Source of the DNA: Squalus acanthias | Taxonomy: Eukaryota | DNA length: 64,000 nucleotides | Reading direction: 5' to 3' | Assembly (NCBI GenBank): GCA_030390025.1 | Contig: JASTWF010000036.1 | Coordinates: 3,288,001 to 3,352,000, forward strand | Position numbers and translations under genes: made by a program | The notes under the pieces: generated by a model | What the model was told of the DNA's origin: nothing | Databases searched by the model: none | What the model saw: the letters and a program-made list of their open reading frames with translations, nothing else | In this document: positions 37,000 through 49,300 of the stretch, piece by piece | Numbering within the stretch: the stretch's first letter is position 1 | Layout of the letters: each line of letters starts with the position of its first letter

Positions 37000-37195
37000 A
37001 GATAGAGGTAGAGGGGAAGAGTGAGAGGACAAAAGCGCGTGCGAGAGAGAGAGCAAAAATGAAAGAGAAAAAGAGGAAGAAAGAAAAAGATAGCGCAGAG
37101 AGAGAGAGAGGAAGAGAAAGAAAGATATGTAGCAGGAGAGAGAACGTGGAAGAACGAGGGAGAGAAAAAAGGGAAAGAAGGAAAAGGAAGATTTA
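37000..37195. repeat. Purine-rich (GA/GAA) low-complexity tract
   Basis: Direct inspection. Confidence 0.75.
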
Positions 37196-37782
37196 GATAC
37201 ATGGTGTATACTGTGGAATCTGGGTCCATGGGGCTCCCAGCTCCATACTGTTTTAACTATGTCTGCAACCTTTCCCTCTGAAAGAATTCATTGTGTATGC
37301 GATGAAACCAGCTGCTGTGACCACAGCTGTTGAGACTTCTCAAGGCTGACAAGCGTGTCTGCAATAATCCCAGAACCCTAACTGTGAGAGAGTTAAAAAA
37401 AAATCAGAAATTACGAGACTAAAAACTCTGACATCATTTGGAGCAAACGCCACCCCCCCCCCCCCACCCAAATATGGAGCATTGACCAGTGATTAATTAG
37501 AGGGGCCCATAACTGTCACCAACTCATTCGCCTCCAACACATATAGTGACAGCTAAAGGCGCTGAGCTGTCAAGTCATTTCTTTCTAATACCAGCCATTA
37601 TGAAGACTATGACATGTTCACGGTGGAGGGCAATTCCATATCATTGACCGCTGCTCATCACCCCCAGATACTCGAACCCCAGCACCACAGCAGAGATCAG
37701 TGGCATGAGAGGGGAAGGACACAAACCACGCATTCCTGAAGTCCACCTCCACCGTGAAAGTTTGAATACCTTCCCATGATTT

Positions 37783-38226
37783 GAAAGAAAGAACTTGCAT
37801 TTATACAGTGCCTTACACAACCTCAGAGCGTCCCAAAGTGCTTTACAGCCAATGAAGTACTTTTTGAACTGTTGTAATGTAGAAAACGCAGCAGTCAAAT
37901 GGCGCACGGCAAGCTCCCAGAAACAGCAATGTGATCCTGACCAGATCCATCTGTTTTTTAGGTATTGGTTGAGGGATAAATATTGACCAGTACACCAGGG
38001 AGCACTCCCCTGCTCTTCTTCAAAATAGTGGCATGGGATCTTTTACGTCCACCTGACACAGCCTCAATTTAACGTCTCATCCGAAAGACGGCACCTCCAA
38101 TAGTGCAGCACTCCCTCAGTATTGGCACCGAGTGCAGATTTTTGTGCTCAAGTCTCTAGAGTGGGACTTGAACCCACAACCTGCTGACTCAGAGGTGAGA
38201 GTGCTACCGACTGAGCCACGGCTGAC
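37783..38226 (-). mobile_element. Full-length Deu-domain SINE
   Basis: Ends in ...actgagccacggctgac, the reverse complement of the SINE head; boxes A and B are intact. Confidence 0.87.
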
Positions 38227-38404
38227 ACTGTCATTCATTTCAGTGCGTATCATAGAACAGAAAAGATTGTTTTGCTCAGAGACGAACGCAGTGGATATGT
38301 GTCCCACACCATCCCACAGCACTCATGACTGCTTCCAACCATGGCAGGCTAAGTGAGAACAGGAGATCGAAACAATACCAATGCTTAAGACACCTGATTA
38401 AGAC

Positions 38405-39090
38405 AATACGGAAAATTGGCTCGCGCCCCCTTTGAGGCGATTACTTTGCCGGGGCACTACTTTTAACGCCCCGGAAAAGTTAGCGCCCCCGCGCCCGAAA
38501 TGCAATGGTAGCGCCCCAAGCAGGAGGCGAGGCGCTACTGGAAGCGCTCCCAATGAATATCGCGATGCTACGTGCAGCAGCGCCACCCGCGTCGGCATGT
38601 AGCGCCGCGATACTGCAGGCCTAGTGCTGCGCGCACCGGGGCCCTGCTGGCCCACCGGGGAGCGGGGTGCCGGCAAAAGAGCCCGGCACTCAAGAGGAGT
38701 GCCGGGCTGACGGATCGCGGCCGGCACCCCGCAGGAGGAGGCCGGAGGGGCAGGTGCTGGCAGGCAGCCCAAAAAAAATGGCCGCCCGGCACCTGCTCTT
38801 CAGTTATCGTTGCCCCGGCCGCAAAAATGCCACCCTGATCCTGTCGGACACAGCGTCCGGCAGTAGGTCAGGGGGCGCGAGCCAAGTTTGCGAGCGGGGC
38901 GCTGTGCACGGCGATGATGTCATCGCCGGCGGCACAGCGCCGCGGGGGGCTACCGGCTACTGCCGCCGCTAACCTCCCGCTGAATTTCGCGGGAGGCGTC
39001 AGCAGCGCCGCGCCCGGGCGCTAGTTGCTTTGCGCCCCGTTAGTGCCCCCTCGCTAATGGGAGGCACAAAGCAACCGAATTTTTTCCCCT
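38405..39090 (-). mobile_element. GC/CpG-rich Harbinger-like non-autonomous element related to family B
   Basis: The right end cgcccgggcgctagttgc...gaattttttcccct is the reverse complement of the family-B left end; the interior differs. Confidence 0.68.
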
Positions 39091-39555
39091 GCAGCTTTGT
39101 TTTTGGTCGACCGAGTTTCGAACACATAAAGAAACCCATCCCCATGTTTCAGAGCCTCCAAACCCAGCTACTGAGGAATTCACACAAGTAGAGTTTCTCT
39201 TTGCCTGCTATGGAGCGCACACTCTCTCCCCATAAGGACACATCCCACCTGATCCCAGAGAACTTAAGCACGAGTCGCAAGGTCGACAGGCCTTCGAGCA
39301 TGCTCAGGGGTGCTGCTGGAGTTTAACCAGCTAAAACCATGCACTGAAACAGTGCTAAGCACTGCTTGTCCAGCTCAGACCACCGTACTCATCGGGGCAT
39401 TGGATTGCAGGGTTATCTTCCAAGTGGGAAGAATCCCAGCCCCAGTGACAGGTCTGCCCCTTCAGCTTGCATCAGTAAGCCAGACTGGCTGGTCGATAAT
39501 CAACAGCACCATGCAGTACTGCAGACCAGCGCGATTCTTAAGTACCAGATCAAGT

Positions 39556-40465
39556 ACCAGAAATTTGCTGATGACACCAAGATTGGTGGAGTAGTGGATG
39601 AGGTGGAGGGCAGTTGTAGGCTGCAAAGAGACATTGATAGGATGCAGAGCTGGGCCGAAAAATGGCAGATGGAATTTAACCCTGATAAGTGCGAGGTGAT
39701 TCATTTTGGTAGGGCAAATTTGAATAAGGATTACAGGGTCAACGGCAGGGTTCTGAGGAACGTGGAGGAGCAGAGTGATCTGGGGGTTCATATCCACAGA
39801 TCTCTGAAGGTTGCCACTCAAGTGGATAGAGCAGTAAAGAAGGCCTATGGTGTGTTGGCGTTTATTAACAGAGGGTTTGAGTTTAAGAACCGTGAGGTTA
39901 TGCTGCAACTGTACAGGACCTTGGTGAGACCACATTTGGAATATTGTGTGCAGTTCTGGTCACCTCACTATAGGAAGGACGTGGAAGCATTGGAAAGAGT
40001 GCAAAGGAGATTTACCAGGATGCTGCCTGGTTTGGGGGGGAGGTCTTATGAGGAAAGATTGAGGGAGTTGGGGCTTTTCTCTTTAGAGCGGAGGAGGATG
40101 AGAGGCGACTTAATAGAGGTTTATAAGATGATGAGGGGGATAGATAGAATGGATGTTCAGAGACTATTTCCTCGGGTAGAGGCAGCTGTTACAAGGGGGC
40201 ATAACTATAAGGTGCATGGGGGGAGATATAGAAGGGATGTCCGAGGTAGATTCTTTACTCAGAGAGTGGTTGGGGTGTGGAATGGACTGCCTGCTGTGAT
40301 AGTGGAGTCGGACACTTTAGGAACTTTCAAGCGGTTATTGGATAAGCACATGGAGCACACCAGAGTGATAGGGAGTGTGATAGCTTGATCTTGGTCTCGG
40401 ACAATGCTCGGCACAACATCGAGGGCCGAAGGGCCTGTACTGTGCTGTACTGTTCTATGTATGTA
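39556..40465 (+). mobile_element. CR1 LINE, 5'-truncated (RT C-terminal half, open frame)
   Basis: KFADDTKIGG...RPHLEYCVQFWSPHY...FFTQRVVGVWNGLP; tail ctgtgctgtactgttctatgt. Confidence 0.93.
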
Positions 40466-40642
40466 TCAGTGAGGTTGCCACAGAGACTGAGTTCCAATGT
40501 CACCTTGAAACCAACTTGACCCCAAAGGGACGCCTCTTACCTTCCACCCAAGGGGGATAGATACTAGTTGGGCAACGGCAATACAAGAAATGCAATGGCT
40601 TAGAAGAGGGCAGTAGAGCTCTTAAGGCAGATGAGCAACCTT

Positions 40643-40873
40643 TCATAGAAACATAGAACATAGAAAAATAGGAGCAGGAGTCGGCCATTCGGCCCTTCGA
40701 GCCTGCTCCGCCATTCAATATGATCACAGCTCATCCTCTATCTCTATCTCTTTCATGCTAAATGAAAGAAGCCAGATAAGAAAGGCTTGTATTTATACAG
40801 CACCTTTCACGACCTCAGGTCGTCTCGAAGCACTTTACAGCCAATTAATTACTTTTGAAGTGTAGTCACTGTT
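40643..40873 (-). mobile_element. CR1 tail (40643-40745) and Deu-SINE tail (40778-40873) fragments
   Basis: Homology to the in-window copies. Confidence 0.75.
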
Positions 40874-41316
40874 ATCCAGGGGTGCCCCTCTGTATAACCA
40901 GGTCCCAAGAGACCACCATGCTGAGGGGATTATTGTGGTGGAGCCCACATCATGTGGGACACAACAGTAGACCAGCTTAGGTTCGGACATTTCTGGGCAA
41001 CGAGTGCAGACTTATCACCGTATCACAGTCACACAAGACCTGATACAGTGAACCTGAACAGATCAATCAGCACTTATAGGAACAATTTAATCACACACGT
41101 TGAATAGGCAGATTACAAGACAAATGGGAACATGGTTGATTTACTGCTGGAGATGCTGAGAGAAAGAAGGCGTCTTGTAGCTTTATAAAGATGTTCTTAT
41201 TTGGGTGACAGGTGGTAATGGATTCAGCCCTATTATGAATCACTCACCACAAGGAAGACTTCTGAGCTACACGATGTTTGGAGTTGTTTAACATTGTTGT
41301 AATTATGATTGACATT

Positions 41317-42081
41317 GGGCCAAAACTTCGGCACTTGCCGGGTGAGTACGCACTGTGTACTCACCCGTAAGGCGTCCTGAAGTGCTGGTTTCCTGCATGC
41401 ACTGCGCATGCGCGGGAAACCGGAACTTCCGGTCTGGTGAAGGGAGGGGTTCAGAGGTGAACCGCGTGCGCGGTAGAGGCTGCGCGCACACAGCAAACGT
41501 AAGTTTTTTTTCAGGTTTCTACGGGAGGGTAAGTATTGAAGAACCTGCGCTTTTAAAAAGGAGGCACAGGACCCGTTTTCAACAAGGTAAGTGGTTAATT
41601 AAGTATAATTTAAAAAAAATGTCAACAGGTTTATCTTTTTTAGATACTTTAAAGAAAGGTAAGTTTATTTTTAGCACTGTTAAAAAGTATTTTAATTTTT
41701 TCAAAAATTTAAATTTTTGTTTAAAGTAGTTAATGTATTTAACTTAGTTATTTTATAAATGTGATGGGGTTTTTTTTAAATTTATTTTAAGTTGAGCTGT
41801 TCTTTTGGGGCCGATTTCAATTCATAGATTTGACAGGTCTTCCTGTCAAATCTATGAATGAAAGATGGTCTGCTGCCATTGGCTCTCCATGGCCCACGTG
41901 ATCCCAGGGGACGCATCGCACTAACTACGCCCCTGGGATACACAAGCACTGCGCGCCGGCACTTGTAGCAGGCCCAGGAGCTGAAGTTCCCGTGGGCCCA
42001 GAGGTCAACGGCAGGCGCGGTAGGTAAGTGCGTGCGCGATCCTTACCCCCGCGGCAAGCCAGAGAGGCGAATTTCAGGGCC
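41317..42081. mobile_element. Harbinger-like non-autonomous element, family D (GC-rich ends, AT-rich core)
   Basis: Imperfect TIRs gggccaaaacttcg / cgaatttcagggcc, flanked by att / aat. The right end resembles 58790-58877. Confidence 0.62.
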
Positions 42082-42148
42082 AATAACTGCTCTCCTCCTT
42101 GTAAACTCCTTGTTATATTGTTGTGTTAGTCTTGTACACTTTCTCCCC

Positions 42149-42498
42149 CACCACCACCTTCTCAAGGGCAATTAGGGATGGGCAATAAATGCTGGCCTTG
42201 CCAGCGACGCCCACATCCCATAAAAAAACAAATTTTAAAAAACCCTCCGGGATTGTACTGGAGTCTCCATGAATTAACAAAATAATCTACAGGACACTGC
42301 TGCAAGCAAACCCAGGAGAAAAATCTTAGGAACATTGAAAAAGAAGTGTTTTTTTCCCCATTTTCTTTGAACGCTTGATTTGATTGGTTATAAAAGTATT
42401 GGAGATGGGGAAAAAGACTGTTGTTACTGGGTGAGGCACTTGGAGGGGTGAGGTCATGTCACCTCCAGGAATACATCCAACCAGAGTTGGCCAACCTA
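42149..42498 (+). mobile_element. LINE-family-2 tail (42149-42240) followed by a Blackjack-like MITE fragment
   Basis: Homology to 9890-9980 and to 36227-36606. Confidence 0.72.
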
Positions 42499-43455
42499 CC
42501 AAAGGAACCAGTTTCATTTTTTGAGCCTCTTCGAAGGCGTGCAAACGAGCACAATTAGTGCAAACTCCCAATGGTGATTAATTGGTCCCTGGGGGCGTAA
42601 CCAGTTTTGTGGGCGGAGCTGGCTTCCAGCATGATGTCTTTTAAACTAGTGCAAAAGATCGCGGAAACTCAATTTGCGCTGGATGTAATTCGCGCTTGAA
42701 ATTCCGCATTTTTGTTTGCGCTGGTTACGCCAATTTCGGGCGAATTGCGCCGGAAAACCAGCCTAACCGAGCGGAAACACCGGGCCAAGAACCTGCAAGC
42801 AAATCTGCTCCTGAACAAAGCGGCGTTGGACCTCCCTGCTTCCAACATTGGGTTAGTTCAAAGGGAATATTCAGAGTTTGACGAGCCGTTTGGTAGGGGT
42901 GGGGGGGGGGGGGGTGGGAGAGAAGAGTTGTGCGTCAATGTTGTCATGACGTCACAGGCAAGCGACACGATAATGTGATGCTCTCATTAATGTCATTGCT
43001 CTTTGTGGTTGTAACCAGACGAGAGAGAACATTGACTGGGTGACGACGGCGCCACCGTATACGGGAAGGGCTCGCCAGTCTGACTGAACAGAGCCTCCAC
43101 ACGCAGGCTAGGTCAGTGTTGCTGCACTGCCGTTTAGCAATTAACGGTATGGTTTTATGGCTCTCTGTGGTCAATTAGTTCGGAGGGAAGAGGATTAAGT
43201 GATAAAGTGCTCTGAATAAATGTTTTTCTTGAAACGGAACAAAATAATGATGAGGGCATGGTTTCCATTTGGTAGAAGGACTCATTTCGAACATCTGTGT
43301 TGTCTACGTTTGTCCACATCCTGTTATATCTCAGCCTTTCACCCCAGAAGACAACTCGCCCCAGTGTACACCACACTCTCCCCAAACAAAAAAAAACATA
43401 CAAAATACTGTCTCTTTAGATTTTGTTTTCCCCTGTGAAATAATTTGCTCCCCAT

Positions 43456-44248
43456 AGGTAACATTCGCGCCACAGAGGTGCCAGGCAATGGCTGTCTCCA
43501 ACAAGCGAGAGTCTAGCCACCGCCCCTTGATATTCAACGACATTACCATTGCTGAATCCCCCACCATCAACATCCTGGGGGTCACCACTGACCAAAAACT
43601 TAACTGGACCAGACACATAAATACTGTGGCAACAAGAGCAGGTCAGAGGCTAGGTATTCTGCGGCGAGTGTCTCACCTCTTGACTCCCCAAAGCCTTTCC
43701 ACCATCTACAAGACACAAGTAAGGAGTGTGATGGAATGCTCTCCACTTGCCTGGATGAGTGCAGCTCCAACATCACTCAAGAAGCTCGACACCATCCAGG
43801 ACAAAGCAGTCCGCTTGATTGGCACCCCATCCACCACCTTAAACATTCACTCCCTCCACCACCGGCGTACCGTGGCTGCAGTGTGTACCATCTACAAAGT
43901 GCACTGCAGCAACTCAACAAGGCTTCTTCGGCAGCACCTCCCAAACCCGTGACCTCTTCCACCTAGAAGGACAAGGGCAGCAGACGTATGGAAACACCAC
44001 CACCTCCAAGTTCCCCTCCAAGTCACACACCATCCTGACGTAGATGTATATCGCCGATCCTTCATCGTCGCTGGGTCAAAATCCTGGAACTCCCTCCCTA
44101 ACAGCACTGTGGGAGTACCTTCACCACACGGACTGCAGCGGTTCAAGAAGGCAGCTCACCACCACCTTCTCAAGGGCAACTAGGGATGGGCAATAAATGC
44201 CGGCCTTGCCAGCGACGCCCAAATCCCATAAAAAACTAATTTAAAAAA
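43456..44248 (+). mobile_element. LINE family 2, 5'-truncated copy
   Basis: ORF 43488..43952 is near-identical to about 9190-9980. Confidence 0.9.
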
Positions 44249-45394
44249 TACCATCTCCCAGCCAAATGGGATCTACTTAGTATGGCTAACTGCCCAGTGG
44301 GTAAATGCGCCATGTGGTGTGCTCCTGAGCCAAGCCAATCAAGGAGGTCTCACATCCAATCCTTGGTCTGTGCCAAGTTGACTGCTCACAGGCCGTGCAA
44401 CAGTCCCACCACTCCAATAGAGTTCAGTGTCTACAGTGCAGCGAAGGAAAGAAAGCAGAACAAAATGTTGGAAGACGTCAGGACCAGTCTCAGCTGCGAT
44501 GGCTCCCTAGAGATAAATCACTCACTAACATCCGATTAATTGGGGCAAGGTGTTGGAGGGCTTCATGTACGCGCGGAACCGTACTTCACTGAATTCAGCT
44601 CTCTACTTCCTTCTCAACTCCTCCGTGTGCGCGTCACATCAGCTCAGTGCCTTTGCATCACAATGGCGCCAAGATCAAGAGCTTGCCCACAGCAAGAATC
44701 ATGAGCGCTAAACTGCGTCACACCACACTGTAACACCTCACGTTAATACACCAACATGCTGCTTCATTACATAGAATGTGCAGCACAGAAACAGGCCATT
44801 CGGCCCAACTAGTCCATGGTGGTGTTTATGCTCCACACGAGCCTCCTCTCACCCCTCTTCATCTCACCCCATCAGCATAACCTTTCTCCCTCACGTACTT
44901 ATCTAGCTGCATCTACGTGATCATCTTTGGATATAGTCTCCAGTTAGAAATTGCCTGCTGCCTTGCCTTGTTTACGGAGGGAGACATACCATCAAAACCT
45001 ATTTTTAAAAACTGGACTATTTTGGTTGATTTATTTCAATGCTTTATTTAGAACTGCGAGTTCGGACGAAGGTATCAGGAAACTAACCGGCCAAGATAAG
45101 TTCCTGAGCCTAACAGCGCGAGGGAACTGAATTAACAGCAGTGAAGACACGGCCATTAGCCCAGGCCACCTCACTAGGTGTCATTTCAACCATGTACCTT
45201 CCCTCTGCTCCCTTGCACTTGTCCAGCTAATCGGTTCCTCTCAAGCACAAGATGTTAAAGTTAATCAGAATTACTTTTTAACAGTTTTAACATGTAACAG
45301 TAAAATGCTCTAGCAGTGAGATGACAGCCAACCAATAAAAACAGCTGGACTCAACGACCACCACACAAACACCTTCAAGAATCTTCTCTCAATG

Positions 45395-45700
45395 GTCAGT
45401 TTGAGAAGTTGAATTCCGTTTTTGCAAAAAAATCTGGAACTAAAAAGCCGGTATCAGTAAAAAAGTGACCCTGAAGCTGTTGGATTGTCGGAAAAACCCA
45501 ACTGATTCACAAATGTCCTCTAGGGGAGGAAACCTGCCGTCCTTGCCCGGTCTGGGCCTATATGTAACGCCAGTCTCACGCCAACGTGGTTGACTCTTAG
45601 CTACCCTCTGACGTGGCCTAGCAAGCCAGTCAAGGGCAACTAGGGATGGGTAATAAATGCCGGCTTTGCCTGCGAAGCCCACAACCCGAGAATGAATGTA
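45395..45700 (+). mobile_element. SINE family C carrying the LINE-family-2 3' tail
   Basis: Body shared with 48985-49300; ends caagggcaactagggatggg...aataaatgccgg...gaatgaat. Probable heads at about 46908-46970 and 60877-60925. Confidence 0.65.
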
Positions 45701-46212
45701 TAATTATTTAAAAGTTGGACGATGGCTATTTAAGTCATTTTATTTCCCATGTAATTTAGATAAGGTTGTTAGATCTTTCAGTTCGGTCTCTGCTGTCACA
45801 TTCCTCTCTGACCCATCATCCCTGCAGGCTGGAAGAATGTCTGCTTCATTCAATCGCAGGCAATGAATTAATAGATCTACTATACAATGGTCGGCATCAA
45901 CCAAATGCCTGTACAAACCTGTGCCTTGGCTATCAAGATTTCACCCTTATCCTCAGCTATTACTGCCACCTGATAGCTAGCCATCTTTTAGAAGCACATT
46001 AACTGGATAAGGTCTCTCTGTTACCAATGTCTGTGTTATTGAAATGTGACTCTTCCATTTATTTCTTTAAAAGGACTTTACCCTCTTTAACAAAAGTTCA
46101 AAATTCAGCCTGCGGGGGAAGTGGGGTGGGGGTGGGGGCGGGGCGTGTACAGAAATCCTAAACAAGTTCTTTATAGATGGGTTTATCATTTTGTCACACA
46201 CACAGTTCACAA

Positions 46213-46659
46213 CGTGACAACGCAAAATCATCGAGCAGAAACTGATAGCCAAGTTCCGCACCCATGAGGACGGCCTCAATAGGGATCTCAGGTTCATGTC
46301 ACGCTACAGAACGTGACTCGACATCGTTATCTGTCTTTCCAGTTTTTTTAAAAAAACACAAAAAAAAAACAAACCCCCCAAAAAAAGGTTAAAAGCTCAA
46401 CTGCAGACGGCAGGATTTGACACGTTGGACCCCCTGTGACCCATCTCATTGTCTTGGCTGTGCTCTGGTGTGCCTTTGATGTAATGCCTCCCTGAAAGAT
46501 TGTATCTCTGCAGACAAATTGCTTTCTGTGTTTATATACTGTGTAATACTGTAGATTCCCTCATTGTACCTTTACCTGACGAAGGGGCAACAGCTCCGAA
46601 AGCTTGTAATTTTAAATAAATCTGTTGGACTATAACCTGGTGTTGTGCGACTTCTCATT
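46213..46659 (+). mobile_element. 5'-truncated Penelope-like element: GIY-YIG C-terminus plus pseudo-LTR, 11-bp TSD
   Basis: QRKIIEQKLIAKFRTHEDGLNRDLRFMSRYRT* at 46218-46316; TSD acagttcacaa at 46202-46212 and 46660-46670. Confidence 0.85.
46572..46609 (+). ncRNA. Minimal hammerhead ribozyme motif
   Basis: ttac-CTGACGA-a-ggggc(aaca)gctcc-GAAA-gct-t-gtaa; stem I covaries relative to 4351-4387. Confidence 0.8.
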
Positions 46660-46984
46660 ACAGTTCACAATGGAAGTCGTCCCCCAGTGTGGGTCTGGTT
46701 TAGCAAAAAGAGGCAGGAAGATGGAAGTTGCTAAATGCAAAGCAACGTGGATTTAATGTGGCTGAGGTCGAGGGAAATCGCACACCTTGTCTGTCGCTGC
46801 TGCTGATGGAACTTTAAAACTGTACAGTGACTCCTGCTGTAAAGTGTGCAAGTGTGGCCTTTGGGTGAGGATAGGATCTGGCTTACTGCGATGCATTTAA
46901 CGGTCATGGGGTGCGATAGCATAATGGCTATGTTACTGGACTAGTAATCTAGAGGCCTGGGCTAATAATTCAATGAATGGCAGT

Positions 46985-48196
46985 GTAGAAAGTACGTTTG
47001 ATGTAGTGTATATGGACTTTAGCAAGGCTTTTGATAAGGTTCCACATGGCAGACTGGTCACGAAGTTAAAAGCCCATGGGATCCAGGGCAAAGTGTCAAG
47101 TTGGATTCAAAACTGGCTCGGAAGCAGGAAGCAGAGGGTAATGGTTGATGGGTGTTTTTGTGACTGGAAGGCTGTTTCCAGTGGGGTTCTGCAGGGCTCA
47201 GTACTAGATCCCTTGCTTTTTGTGGTATATATCAATGATCTAGACTTGAATATAGGGGGTATGATTAAGAAGTTTGTAGATGATACTAAAATCGGCTGTG
47301 TGGTTGATACTGAAGAAGGAAGCTGTAGACTGCAGGAAGATATCAATAAATTGGTCAGGTGGGCAAAACAGTGGCAAATGGAATTCAATCCGGAGAAGTT
47401 GTGAGGTAATGCATTTGGGGAGGGCTAACAAGGAAAGGGAATATACATTAAATGGTAGGACACTGAGTAGTGTAGAGGAACAGAGGGACCTTGGAGTGCA
47501 TGTCCACAGATCCCTGAAGGTAGCAGGCCAAGTGGATAAGGTGGTTAAGAAGGCATACGGAATGCTTGCCTTTATTAGCCGTGGCATAGAATACAAGAGC
47601 AGGGGGGTTATGCTTCAACTGTATAAAACACTAGTTAGGCCTCAGCTAGAGTACTGCGTGCAGTTCTGGTCACCACATTACAGGAAAGATGTGATTGCAC
47701 TAGAGAGGGTACAGAGGAGATTTACAAGGATGTTGCCGGAGTAGAGAATCTCAGCTATGAGGAAAGACTGGATAGGCTGGGTCTGTTTTCCTTGGAACAG
47801 AGAAGGCTGAGGGGAGACCTTATTGAGGTGTATAAAATTATGAGGGGCATAGATAAAGTGGATAGAAAGGATCTATTTCCCTTAGCAGAGGAGTCAAAAA
47901 CCAGGGGGCACAGATTTAACTAATTGGTGGAAGGTTTAGAGTGGATTTGAGGGGAAATTTCTTCACCCAGAGGGTTGTGGGGGTCTGGAAATCACTGCCT
48001 GAAAGGGTGGTAGAGGCAGGAACCCTCACCACATTTAAAAAGTACTTGGATGTGCACTTGGGATGCTCTAACCTGCAGGGCTACGGACCAAGATCTGGGA
48101 AGTGAGATTAGGCTGGATAGCTCTTTGTTGGCCGGCGCGGACACGATGGGCCGAAATGGCCTCCTTCCGTGCTGTAACTTTCTATGATTCTATGAT
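46985..48196 (+). mobile_element. CR1 LINE, 5'-truncated RT with frameshift and stop
   Basis: [47 protein letters not shown]; tail ttctatgattctatga. Confidence 0.94.
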
Positions 48197-48984
48197 ACAG
48201 ACCCTTAATTTTAATATTTCTTGAAATGCTTTGCCAGGCAAAAAGGTTTTTCAAAGTGAAATAAAATTGTAAACGTAACAAGCAGTCTTTCACTGATAAG
48301 GCAGGAAACATGGTTGTGACTGCAGGGCGTAATGTTAAGTCAACAGAGATAAACAAACCCCCTGAGTATTGTAGACATCGTGTCTCTGGTGACCTTTCTG
48401 AGGGGAGAAGTCAAACCTTTGAAGTTTTGAAATGCAGAATACGACGTAACTCATGAACTGAACCAAGTGGTTTTCTGCCACCTTTGTAAACTTTAGGAGT
48501 GAATGAACAATTTTGGGCTGTGATAAGGACAAACTGAATAATAGCCACACAGGATGTGTGAGTGTGAACGTTTGACAGCTCAAACAGCTCAGACCAACAT
48601 TAAAGAAACATTTCACTATCTCTGAATGAATGATTTAATGCAAAAGACAAGGAAAGCTGTATAAAGCACAGTGGCTAAAGAAAATCAGCACTGCAGTCAG
48701 AAGAAGGTGGGGCCTGGCCAGTCTTTTCACTTATGAGGACCTACAATCAACGCTGGACTGATCATCGGCGGGTGGGTGTATGTATGATTTCCTGTAATAT
48801 TATTGGTGGACTGCTCGAGTAGTGGTTGGGGTTTTGAATCTGTCTGAGGAACAATAAAAGGTTAAAGGCAGAACCCGTGTGTCTGGTGTCATTTCTCATA
48901 AGTCTCAAGTCCGCACTCTATAACCTGTTGGACAGGGCAAGGGGTAATTCCGCACGTCTTACAGCAGTTCAAATCCCTCTATGG

Positions 48985-49300
48985 CAGTTTGAGAATTTGA
49001 ATTCAGTTTTAAAATCTGGAAATAAAGAGCTGGTCTCAGTAAAAGTGCTGTATTGCTGTAAAAAGCCAACTGGTTCACGAATGTCCTTTAGGGAAGAAAA
49101 CCTGTCGTCCTTACCCGGTCTGGCTTATACCTGACTCCAGTCCCACACTGACCAAGTTGGCTCTTAACTGCCCTCTGAAGTGGCCTAGCAAACCTCTCAG
49201 TTGTATCAAAACCGGTCGCTACCAGCGGTTCAAGAAGGAAGCCCATCACCACCACCTTCTCAGCGACGCCCACATCCAGAGAATGAATAATAAAAATAAA
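48985..49300 (+). mobile_element. SINE family C
   Basis: Homologous to 45395-45700. Confidence 0.65.

Noticed and set aside
37200..37290. Possible minus-strand exon after ttctttcag
   Set aside because: Weak donor and no similarity to integrin or any protein I recognise.
38405..39090. CpG-island promoter of a host gene
   Set aside because: CpG richness coincides with a MITE-like element; no associated exon.
39366..40388. 340-aa ORF as a novel fusion protein
   Set aside because: CR1 C-terminal half in frame by chance with unrelated upstream sequence; the listed start is TTG, not ATG.
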